64,000 nt of DNA, from IMG/VR virus record IMGVR_UViG_3300031857_000038, positions 32,001 to 96,000 of that record. One strand, given 5' to 3'. Position 1 is the first letter of the stretch; each line of letters opens with the position of its first letter. Positions 48,301 to 55,597 of the stretch are shown piece after piece. The notes below the pieces were generated by a model. It saw only the letters and a program-made list of their open reading frames with translations. It was not told where the DNA came from and searched no databases. The stretch comes from a virus. Both the position numbers and the translations under genes were made by a program.

Positions 48301-51069
48301 GACTTTGACTTGTCATGGCGTCCTAACCCGTTAGAGCCGCCTCAAATTTATCAGTTTGGTACTCAGTGGCAGAAGACTAATGGTCCTAGATACACCTATC
48401 CTGGAGCAACAACAGTAAAATACGTAGATGAGCAAAAAGCAAGATATCTGCCTAATCAAAAGAATTGGGATATTCCTAAGAACGTAGACGTTACTGATTT
48501 TGACTTTAGCTGGCATCCTGATGACACTGATCCCGACTTCATCTATCAGTTCGGTACTCAGTGGGCATTGAACAGCGGCCCTAAGTACGTAGTGAATGGA
48601 GCTACCGAAGTCAAGTATGTAGATAATCCAATTGCTAAAGCCCTACCCGATAGAACCAATTGGGTATATGACGAAAATGAAATAGACGTTAACAGCTTTG
48701 ACTTTAGTTGGCACCCATATGTAGAAGATCAGCCATATATCTATCAGTTCGGTACACAACATCAAAAGACCGGCGGACCTAAATATGTCACTCCGGGTGC
48801 TGATAGCTCTAGCCCAATCAAATATATTGATACACGTATTATCAAGGCAAAACGATTGCCTAACCGAAGCAAGTTTAAAGTTTTGGGAGGGGTAAAAATC
48901 AAAGACTTCGACTGGTCTTGGCATCCCGATGATACTAGTCCCCCTTACATTTACCTATTCGGTAATAACTGGTATCCGGCAGATGAAATGCCGACAATTG
49001 AGTACAGAGTAGATGGCGCTGTAGAAGCTAAGTTTATTGATGACATGATAGCTAAGCTAGCCCCGAATAATAATAATTGGGAAGTGCGTGAAGATATAGA
49101 TGTTACTCGATTTGACTTTAGTTGGGTACCTCACCCATCAGCAAAACCCTACATTTACCAATTCGGTACTTCTGCAAATCCGTTAGATGGTCCGATATAT
49201 GTCGTGCCAGGTAATGAGGGTGAGATAATCAACGTTCCGAGAGTTGAAATTGATGTTGATGACACTATCATTGAAGATGAACAGATTGATATTCACGAGG
49301 AGAGCATCACTGAACAAATAGAAAACGTCTCTAGCGAAACAGTGGACATGTTCTTTGTTGACCGTGGAAACCCCGAAGCTGCTGCTAGATTTGAAGCACT
49401 AAAAGCGAAATATGGTACACAAATTCAAAAGACTCGCTATCTTAATAGTTGGGTAGACACTATCAATCGTTGCACTAATAGAGCAACTAGTGAATTGATT
49501 TGGGTACTGAACAGTGAACTTGATTACAGTGATTTCAACTTTAGCTACTATCCGAACCCTTGGCAAATAAAGATGGTACATGTATTTGGAACTCAATGGA
49601 GTCATTGGGGTACAACATTCATGATCAACACTGAAACTTTCCGTGAAGATACGAAATACATCAAGATAATTGAGCATTTAAGCAATCTAAACTTCGTGAA
49701 AGACATTAGAGCTACGGCCACAAAGTGCAGTCACGACATTGTGGTTATTGACCACGGTAATAAAGAAACACCCAATGTTGTTTCTATCTTGCAGAATAAA
49801 GCGCCTGACAAAACAGTTACTACTACCAAATACAATAACAGTTATTTGGACACACTAAGAGAAGTTATCAAGCGCCAGCCTGAGAAGAAAGAACATTTCA
49901 TTTGGGTATGTTCAAGTGTTTGTGATTACACTAACTTTGATTTCACTTACATAATTGATCCATTCTCAAGAGACAATCTGCATGTTTTCCCTAGTGGTAA
50001 ACAGAAGTTTGGCGACACATTCTTTATTGACGTTAGTAACGCAAGAGAAGTAATCAGTGAACTTGACAGGCTAGAAAACTTCACCAAAGTAAACTATAAT
50101 GGCACTGTGAAGGCAGAGCGTCTACAAGAACCAATCATTGTTATCAGTGATGACACGCACACTAACTCAATTGATAAGATTACTGACTTCCCGTACGCAA
50201 CATTAATTACTAGTGATAATGTTGACATTGGTAAGGTTGATGTAGAGCCAATGAATCTTTGGTCAGCCGAAACTAAGAACATCTATGTAACAAGTACAGG
50301 CTCCACTAGAATTGTTGCTCCCAAAGAAATTAAGGATTACGTTAAGAAAGAACTATACGAGTATCCATATATCAAACGTGCTCCTAAGCTATCATTGTCT
50401 AACCCACTAGACATTGTGTTCTTAAGCAACGGCGAAACTGGGGCAGAAGAACATTACGAGCATTTGCTGAATATCACTAAGAATCTCCCTAACAGAGTAG
50501 TGAGAGTAGATGGAGTGAATGGTCGTGCAGCAGCATATCACGCAGCAGCAGAAGCAAGCAACACTCCTTGGATGTTCACTGTGTTTGCTAAGCTGAAGGT
50601 CAGTCCTAAGTTTGACTTTAACTGGCAACCAGATAGAATGCAGAGTCCAAAGCATTATATCTTCCATGCAAAGAATCCTGTTAATGGATTGGTATATGGT
50701 CACCAAGCAATGATTGCGTACAATAAGAAGCTAACTCTAGCCAATGACGGTAAAGGACTAGACTTTACATTAGATGATGAGCATGAAGTTGTTCCGTTGA
50801 TTTCAGGTACTGCTCAATACAACACTGATGAGTTCTCAACATGGAGAACAGCATTCAGAGAGGTCATCAAGCTTAGAGCAGATGATAGCGAAGTGTCTAA
50901 GGAAAGACTTGATGCATGGTTGAATAAGGCAGAGGGTGACTTTGCTCAATACAGCATCAAGGGTGCGTTGGATGCAGACGAGTATTACGATGAAGTAGAC
51001 GGCGACTTTGACCAGTTGAAGTTGAGCTATGAGTGGGCTTGGCTCAGAGAAAAATTTGACCAAATCTGA
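45322..51069 (+). CDS. 1915-aa protein with 18 tandem FDFSWxP repeats and degenerate GT-A-like C-terminal domains
   Basis: Repeats of ~60-70 aa (FDFSW-x-P...PYIY-x-FG-x-QW...GGP-x-Y...GA...KY). The C-terminal DIVFLSNGE...RVDGVNGRAAAYHAAA...TWRTAFREVIKL is homologous to the gene at 21162. Confidence 0.8.
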   Translation: MLRDVFYYGKKPNVHPREQFAENLADARLKATTRDFWIINEFCDYRNFDWDFDFEFLPDEDVWAEDHNNVWPSQHQKDSGTWLCPKEDSDLIIYRGDVDPVIRKNEKTDQWVELDLINHNKFDFSWHPDPTDPPYIYKWPCKFFPAEFKHVLEYRVPGATQEKYMNTIAELVPEYERWVEHQAIDKDRFDMSWRPNPLDPPFIYVWGNKYIDGTLRPTLEYHAPNATDKKYMSELVPVLPETDRWNIVEDIDKSSFDFSWRPDPREPAFIYVFGNEQYDGTIMPTVEYHCPDATEIKYVTDIKAKLSSKRELFEHLEDSYGLDYTWRPDPTSPPYIYAWGNQWNIPEDKVSVQFVVEGATEYKYMEDRAVRKPCMDNWIVPDDVDTTGFDFSWEPSPAAPPYIYEFATQWQKTGGPQYVVPGATEKQYVDFQKVRKLPSVDNWNVPDNIDSTTFDFSWHPDDTSPPYIYVFATQWAFSGGPTYIVDDATEVKYVDDQIAIAKPDKTNWVYDEKLIDIESFDFSWHPYVEDQPYIYQFGTQWQKTGGPKYITPGADSSSPTKYIDTRILKAIRLPNKHDSNWNLFYEVADFDFSWHPDDTEEPYNYAFGNNLYPAEECTTIQYRVEGATQTKFVSDIVATLGINMTNWVVPENVDTTGFDFSWVPNPNDPLYTYEFGTQHQKTGGPRYVAPGATEIKYVDFQKVMRLPNLDNWEIPDYVDVTDFDFSWHPDDTDPAYIYQFGTQWALTGGPRYVVPGATDEIKYMDNLVAKSLPNKTNWVYDPTLIDVTDFDFSWHPYVEDQPYIYEFGTQWQKTGGPKYITPGADSSSPIKYIDTRILKAKRLPNKEKYNWVERYPVKDFDYSWHPDDTEEPYIYVFGNEQYGAEDMPTVEYVVPNATQIKYITGVCAKLAPSRDNWKIYKEIDEDAFDFSWRPHPKDPAYIYRWGNKYISNKYEPTIEYIVPGATDIKYMEDNVIVLPEHDRWFIPEGIDLSDFDLSWRPNPLEPPQIYQFGTQWQKTNGPRYTYPGATTVKYVDEQKARYLPNQKNWDIPKNVDVTDFDFSWHPDDTDPDFIYQFGTQWALNSGPKYVVNGATEVKYVDNPIAKALPDRTNWVYDENEIDVNSFDFSWHPYVEDQPYIYQFGTQHQKTGGPKYVTPGADSSSPIKYIDTRIIKAKRLPNRSKFKVLGGVKIKDFDWSWHPDDTSPPYIYLFGNNWYPADEMPTIEYRVDGAVEAKFIDDMIAKLAPNNNNWEVREDIDVTRFDFSWVPHPSAKPYIYQFGTSANPLDGPIYVVPGNEGEIINVPRVEIDVDDTIIEDEQIDIHEESITEQIENVSSETVDMFFVDRGNPEAAARFEALKAKYGTQIQKTRYLNSWVDTINRCTNRATSELIWVLNSELDYSDFNFSYYPNPWQIKMVHVFGTQWSHWGTTFMINTETFREDTKYIKIIEHLSNLNFVKDIRATATKCSHDIVVIDHGNKETPNVVSILQNKAPDKTVTTTKYNNSYLDTLREVIKRQPEKKEHFIWVCSSVCDYTNFDFTYIIDPFSRDNLHVFPSGKQKFGDTFFIDVSNAREVISELDRLENFTKVNYNGTVKAERLQEPIIVISDDTHTNSIDKITDFPYATLITSDNVDIGKVDVEPMNLWSAETKNIYVTSTGSTRIVAPKEIKDYVKKELYEYPYIKRAPKLSLSNPLDIVFLSNGETGAEEHYEHLLNITKNLPNRVVRVDGVNGRAAAYHAAAEASNTPWMFTVFAKLKVSPKFDFNWQPDRMQSPKHYIFHAKNPVNGLVYGHQAMIAYNKKLTLANDGKGLDFTLDDEHEVVPLISGTAQYNTDEFSTWRTAFREVIKLRADDSEVSKERLDAWLNKAEGDFAQYSIKGALDADEYYDEVDGDFDQLKLSYEWAWLREKFDQI
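45685..49210 (+). repeat. Intragenic tandem repeat array, 18 units, with a 4-unit higher-order block present 3 times
   Basis: WHPYVEDQPYIY(Q/E)FGTQ(W/H)QKTGGPKY(I/V)TPGADSSSP(T/I)KYIDTRI occurs three times (~46891, ~47701, ~48709) with high nucleotide similarity. Confidence 0.9.
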
Positions 51070-51079
51070 CATAAACCGG

Positions 51080-51108
51080 TTGACAACGATAAAAAAGATA
51101 AGTATAGT
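51080..51108 (+). promoter_or_regulatory. Sigma70-like promoter TTGACA-N17-TATAGT
   Basis: Consensus -35 with 17-nt spacer, upstream of the ATG at 51119. Confidence 0.7.
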
Positions 51109-51118
51109 AGAGGGTAAT

Positions 51119-51256
51119 ATGAAAGAAAATATTTTATACAATCAAAAATTTCTAGCCACAGCCGTGCTAGTAACTCCCTTAATTCCGGTGATAGCGTATG
51201 CCACATACAGGCTGGCACTTGAAGTTTGGTGCATCGCATACGGTTTGATCTACTAA
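51119..51256 (+). CDS. Small hydrophobic/membrane protein (45 aa)
   Basis: ATG after a GAGGG Shine-Dalgarno, followed by a hydrophobic stretch. The ORF-track start at 51029 overlaps the previous gene. Confidence 0.55.
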   Translation: MKENILYNQKFLATAVLVTPLIPVIAYATYRLALEVWCIAYGLIY

Positions 51257-51274
51257 CAGCCAAAGGAGGCTACT

Positions 51275-51637
51275 ATGAAGAAGATTGTTTCGCTTATTAC
51301 AATGACTGCAATGCTTGCAGTTTCTACTCCGGCATTTGCCGGTGATAGGGATCGTGATTACCGTTGGGGAAATGACAGAAATGTACACAGCCCTTATCAT
51401 AGACAGCATCATCGTCGTGATCGTGGTGTAAGCACAGAAGGTGCAATTATCATTGGTCTTGGAGCATTGCTTGTTGGAAAAGCTATTGCCGATAACAACA
51501 ATCGTCGCCGCAATCGTGAAGTAATCGTAGTAGAACGCCATCAGCCGCAACCTCGACAAGTTTGTCAGGACATAGTTCAACGTGACTATTACGGCAATCC
51601 TTATGTTGCTGGACGTAACTGCTGGTACGAGCAATGA
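51275..51637 (+). CDS. Secreted/periplasmic protein with signal peptide and glycine-zipper-like segment (120 aa)
   Basis: MKKIVSLITMTAMLAVSTPAFA signal peptide, R/D/H-rich segment, GAIIIGLGALLVG and a C-terminal Cys pair. AAGGAGG Shine-Dalgarno. Confidence 0.75.
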   Translation: MKKIVSLITMTAMLAVSTPAFAGDRDRDYRWGNDRNVHSPYHRQHHRRDRGVSTEGAIIIGLGALLVGKAIADNNNRRRNREVIVVERHQPQPRQVCQDIVQRDYYGNPYVAGRNCWYEQ

Positions 51638-51798
51638 TTGATTGGTCAGGTATGCGTCCTGTGCGAAAGCCGACTCAAAAGGAGCGCGGACGCTACCAGC
51701 GTTGGGTAAAGTATCTTAAAGATTCTAGACTCACCGAAGAACAAATTCATGAACGAGCAACTAGACTAACTGAAATGGGTCGTGAACCTGATCTATAA
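51634..51798 (+). CDS. Hypothetical 54-aa protein (not in ORF track)
   Basis: ATGA overlap with the previous gene. MIDWSGMRPVRKPTQKERGRYQRWVKYLKDSRLTEEQIHERATRLTEMGREPDL. Confidence 0.6.
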   Translation: MIDWSGMRPVRKPTQKERGRYQRWVKYLKDSRLTEEQIHERATRLTEMGREPDL

Positions 51799-51800
51799 TT

Positions 51801-51968
51801 ATGGTAGTCTGTAATTGTAGAAACATTAGAGAATCGCAATTTACTAGCAGAGAAGAACTAGCTGCCCGTATTTTGCAAGATGATTATTGTTGTGGTACAT
51901 GTTTAGACGAGTTTTTACCAAACGACAATAAAAAGATTGACACGAACCCCCAACTAGTATATAAATAG
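51801..51968 (+). CDS. Bfd-like [2Fe-2S] mini-ferredoxin, 55 aa (not in ORF track)
   Basis: MVVCNC...YCCGTC matches the Bfd pattern M-x-x-C-x-C...C-G-x-C. Confidence 0.6.
   Translation: MVVCNCRNIRESQFTSREELAARILQDDYCCGTCLDEFLPNDNKKIDTNPQLVYK
51937..51967 (+). promoter_or_regulatory. tmRNA promoter: TTGACA-N17-TATAAA, overlapping a perfect T4-type late promoter TATAAATA
   Basis: TTGACA at 51937-51942 and TATAAATA at 51960-51967. The predicted start site (~51972) matches the start of the paired tmRNA region. Confidence 0.75.
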
Positions 51969-51971
51969 ATT

Positions 51972-52210
51972 ATCAGTTGTTTGATGCAATCTGATGTTTG
52001 TGCAGGACCCGGGGGCGGTACCCGGCGCCTCCACCATAAACTTATGGGGGCGAAATAGGATCGACTGCAAGGCAGAGGTGAGAGTAGACTGATTGGTTGG
52101 CCGCATATAAGCCAAAAACTGTAAATGTCGCAGCTAATGACAACAATGTGGATCTTGCGCTAGCCGCATAATCCTGTGAGCCCGGCGGAGCTTAGAAACA
52201 GAATCCGCCA
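51972..52210 (+). ncRNA. ssrA: Circularly permuted (two-piece) tmRNA, alphaproteobacterial type
   Basis: T-arm CCGGG-GGCGGTA-CCCGG plus CGCCTCCACCA (ends 52036) comes before the 5' end GGGGGCGAAATAGGATCGAC (starts 52046). Acceptor stem has G3:U70. Tag (V)AANDNNVDLALAA-TAA at 52127-52171. 3' pseudoknot with AACAGAA loop at 52197-52203. Confidence 0.95.
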
Positions 52211-52233
52211 ACTTTGCACACATAAATATCTTT

Positions 52234-52716
52234 ATGTCTTTGCCCACTACGATACACATTGATCGTCTCCCCAATCTTAGATTTGACCTTGCTCAACTGT
52301 TGAGAGAATACCAAAGTGTCTCATACATTCTAACGGATGTTACCAATCATGGCAATGCTGTATTAGTCCAAAGTAAGTTCCATCTTGTGCAGACAGGCAG
52401 AGAGTCAACCGAACTTAGCAATCTTCCATATACCCATGAAGTCATTAGAACAATAATGAACATTCATAAGTTTGACTCCGCAACTTATAGAATCGTTATG
52501 CCCAACACTTGCTACAATTGGCACGTTGACAAGGGAAAGACTTGTGTTCATATTCCTATAATCACCAACATAGGTTGCAGGTTTATTTACGAGCATAAAT
52601 CATTCTTGATGCCTGCTGATGGTAGCGCCTATGTAGTCAATAACGGTATCCCTCATTCTTTTATGAATGCAGGTTCAGAGCCTAGATTGCATCTTACCTT
52701 TGAAAATCTAGATTGA
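52234..52716 (+). CDS. Aspartyl/asparaginyl beta-hydroxylase-like 2OG-Fe(II) oxygenase (160 aa)
   Basis: YNWHVD...HIPIITN...PHSFMNAG.EPRLHL (HxD...H...R). ATAAATA at 52222. Confidence 0.75.
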   Translation: MSLPTTIHIDRLPNLRFDLAQLLREYQSVSYILTDVTNHGNAVLVQSKFHLVQTGRESTELSNLPYTHEVIRTIMNIHKFDSATYRIVMPNTCYNWHVDKGKTCVHIPIITNIGCRFIYEHKSFLMPADGSAYVVNNGIPHSFMNAGSEPRLHLTFENLD

Positions 52717-52743
52717 CCATAGAACTATACTGATAAATACAGT

Positions 52744-55566
52744 ATGGACATTAATGAACTAGAATCCTTTAAATTAAGCGATGCTGTAACTTTTCACAAG
52801 GAATTGAACCCTAAGTTGTGGGAAGGTACTAAACTTGACCCAGAAGTGCGTGATCAGTTATTGTTGATTGCAGAAGATTTTGTAGAATATCTAGGCATTA
52901 GTAATCTTAAAGTTAGAGACGTTACCATCAGTGGTAGTAACGCTGCCTATTCATATACTCCACACAGTGATTTAGACTTGCACGTATTGGTAGACTTCAA
53001 TGAACTACCAAACAATGAAGTGTATCAAGAACTATTCACTGCTAAGAAAACATTATACAACGATGCCCACGACATTACCGTTCGTGATGTTCCTGTAGAA
53101 TTATATGTACAGGACACTAACCAACCCCATTTTAGCTTAGGTGAATACAGCGTTGTATATGACAAGTGGATTCGTATTCCTAAAAAGCGTAGAGCAAATT
53201 TTGACGAAGCTGCAACTAAAGCAAAGTATGAGAAGCTTGGCGACCTCATTGAGTTAGCATTGAAGTCAAGAGATCCAAAAAGAGTCAACGATACCCTCGC
53301 ATTAATTAAGCGTTATCGCAAGAGCGGGCTAGAGAAAGCCGGCGAGTTTGGTCCTGAGAATCTAGCATTCAAAGCAATCAGAAAGCAAGGACTGATTCAA
53401 GACCTACATGACCTTAAAACACAACTACACGCTGAAAAGTTAAGCATTGACGAGTATGCTAATGAAGACTACGACCCAAATGGTCCGCCCCCTGGTCCTG
53501 AGTTTAAGCCGACGATGCCTGCAGGTACTGTCAGAGTAGACGTTAGTGATGTATACGACTGGTACAAGCTAGGACAGCATATCAGCAATATGAAGGGTTT
53601 AGGCAAGCATGACTTTGGTAAAGGTCCTCCCAGCACTATCTTCTCATTTGGTGATGAAGATACCGAACACAAATATATTAAAGATTTAGAAAAGACTGGT
53701 CTAACCACAACTGACATTGACCCTATTGACCCTAATCAACCTAAAGGTATGAAACGTCAAAAGACTGACCCTACGTATAATGTCAATGAGACAGACGATA
53801 GAAAAGCAGCAGTACTTAAGATTCAGAAACATTTGAATAAGAAGTATGGCGCTAACCTTGACCTTGATGGTAAGCTAGGTCCGTTGACTCTCAAATCAAT
53901 CAACAAGTTTATGCCTAGAGCAAAGACTGGATTAGCTGATGAGCCTAACAAGACAACAGCAGTGCAGGGTAAGAAGCTAAAAGAAAGTCAGTATGAAAAC
54001 AAAATTGAAAACTTCGTTCAATCGCTGAATCCTGATGATGTTGGTGTAGAACAAATTGGTCCGTACCACGTTCACTTTGAAGGCTTCACTGATGAATGTC
54101 AACAGGATGCAGAAAGACGATGCAATCTACCATCGGACAACCCACGACACTTAGCAAACTATGACGATGTTTATAAGGAAGTCATACGAGACTTTGTTAG
54201 GCGTGAAGGCGGCAAAAAGCCACTAAAAGTTGGCTTTGCTGGATATCAAGATTACCCTGTTATATATGCAGTGTTTGCCAATCCTGAACCATACAAGAAT
54301 CCAGATACTTGGAATCCAAAAATAGATGAAACAGTTGACGCACACACTATCTACAGCGATGTACAAAGCGGGCACCGAGAACCGGATGACTTTGTTGAAG
54401 GTGATATTGGTGACAGAATCTATTGGTTTGATGATTATAAATTAACCTCACTTCCTATATCTAATCTTAATCTAGATGAACATTATGTAGATGAGGACCT
54501 AGTAGATGACTACATAGAGCATATCAAAGACTCACCGAAAACTATGCCTCCGATTGTTTATGATCCTATTGCAAAATCAATAATTGACGGAATCCATCGT
54601 GCTAATGCTTATGCTAATTTAGGATATGATACTATCCCAGCTTATGTTGGACTAACCAAATCTAGCAGCTACGGTGAGCGAGAAGGCGATAACGATTTAT
54701 ATGAAGCCTCAGGATACATTCCATCAGCAAAAGAAAAGAACGATCCTCGCTTCAAGACTGCCCTCACCGTAGATGTAAAGCCAGACGCAATCAAGAAGAA
54801 CGCTAAGGCATTTGGCTTCAAGACTTCCAGAGCAGGCATCCCTCCCCAAGCCAGAGCAGACGGAAAGATTGCAGAAGACCTAATGCGAGAGTTTAAAACT
54901 TTTTTAGGTGAGCAGCAGGAAGAAATGTTTCCGGGCTATGACGAGCAGCACAGAGAAAAGCGTTTAGGTAATTGGTTAGCAAAGTCTTGGGGCGTACAGA
55001 ACGGCAAGCCACAGACATTCTATCACGCAACAACCAAAGACTTTGACACATTCAATACGCATGGCACAGGATTCGCTAGTGCATTGGGAATGGCATATGA
55101 AGTAGAGCGTCATGGTTCCTTCTTCGCAGTGGACCCAAAGTTTGCTGAAGGCTTCATTGAAGATCCAAACACTGGGCGAGTCAAGGAAGGTGGCAGAATT
55201 CTTCCGGTACACCTGTCAATACAATCTCCGATTGATTTACGTGATGATGCACTGTCAAGAATGCTGAGTGATGAGGAAACCGTAGCAGAATTCAAAGCTA
55301 ACGACATTGACCTTCGTTCAATCTACAATCACTTTTACGAACTTGAACGATGGGAACTGTTTGATGGTCCCGAAGGCGCAGAGTTTATTGATAACCTACA
55401 GAAGCTAGGCTTTGATGGGGCAATCATTAACGAAGCAATCCCTAACAATAGCAACGCTAAGTCCGGTCAAGTCTGGGTCGCCTTCAATCCTAATCAGGTC
55501 AAGTCAGTTTACAATCGCGGCTCGTTCTCCCCTGACGATAATAGGCTCACTAAAGAAAGCGGTTGA
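52744..55566 (+). CDS. Polyvalent multi-domain protein: Pol-beta-type nucleotidyltransferase + PG-binding-like + ParB/Srx-like + ART-like (940 aa)
   Basis: SGSN...SDLDLH...VELY (NTase); IQKHL...DGKLGPLT (PG-binding); PPIV...IIDGIHRANA...IPAYV (ParB/Srx); FYHATTKDFDTF...SFFA...PVHLSIQSP...GFDG...VAFNPNQVKS (ART-like). ATAAATA at 52733. Confidence 0.75.
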   Translation: MDINELESFKLSDAVTFHKELNPKLWEGTKLDPEVRDQLLLIAEDFVEYLGISNLKVRDVTISGSNAAYSYTPHSDLDLHVLVDFNELPNNEVYQELFTAKKTLYNDAHDITVRDVPVELYVQDTNQPHFSLGEYSVVYDKWIRIPKKRRANFDEAATKAKYEKLGDLIELALKSRDPKRVNDTLALIKRYRKSGLEKAGEFGPENLAFKAIRKQGLIQDLHDLKTQLHAEKLSIDEYANEDYDPNGPPPGPEFKPTMPAGTVRVDVSDVYDWYKLGQHISNMKGLGKHDFGKGPPSTIFSFGDEDTEHKYIKDLEKTGLTTTDIDPIDPNQPKGMKRQKTDPTYNVNETDDRKAAVLKIQKHLNKKYGANLDLDGKLGPLTLKSINKFMPRAKTGLADEPNKTTAVQGKKLKESQYENKIENFVQSLNPDDVGVEQIGPYHVHFEGFTDECQQDAERRCNLPSDNPRHLANYDDVYKEVIRDFVRREGGKKPLKVGFAGYQDYPVIYAVFANPEPYKNPDTWNPKIDETVDAHTIYSDVQSGHREPDDFVEGDIGDRIYWFDDYKLTSLPISNLNLDEHYVDEDLVDDYIEHIKDSPKTMPPIVYDPIAKSIIDGIHRANAYANLGYDTIPAYVGLTKSSSYGEREGDNDLYEASGYIPSAKEKNDPRFKTALTVDVKPDAIKKNAKAFGFKTSRAGIPPQARADGKIAEDLMREFKTFLGEQQEEMFPGYDEQHREKRLGNWLAKSWGVQNGKPQTFYHATTKDFDTFNTHGTGFASALGMAYEVERHGSFFAVDPKFAEGFIEDPNTGRVKEGGRILPVHLSIQSPIDLRDDALSRMLSDEETVAEFKANDIDLRSIYNHFYELERWELFDGPEGAEFIDNLQKLGFDGAIINEAIPNNSNAKSGQVWVAFNPNQVKSVYNRGSFSPDDNRLTKESG

Positions 55567-55597
55567 CTTATGCCCAAAACTACTGTAGTGTGATAAT

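Noticed and set aside
45685-49210. Repeat array as a possible CRISPR or DGR template
   Set aside because: Repeats are in-frame, degenerate at third codon positions and lack unique spacers. No cas or reverse transcriptase gene is in the window.
52005-52036. tRNA-like T-arm and CCA end as a tRNA gene
   Set aside because: No upstream D-arm or anticodon arm. It pairs with the downstream GGGGGCG as the tmRNA acceptor piece.
52184-52216. GGCGGA...TCCGCC hairpin plus short T run as a simple terminator
   Set aside because: Better explained as the tmRNA 3' pseudoknot containing AACAGAA, although it may also help end transcription.
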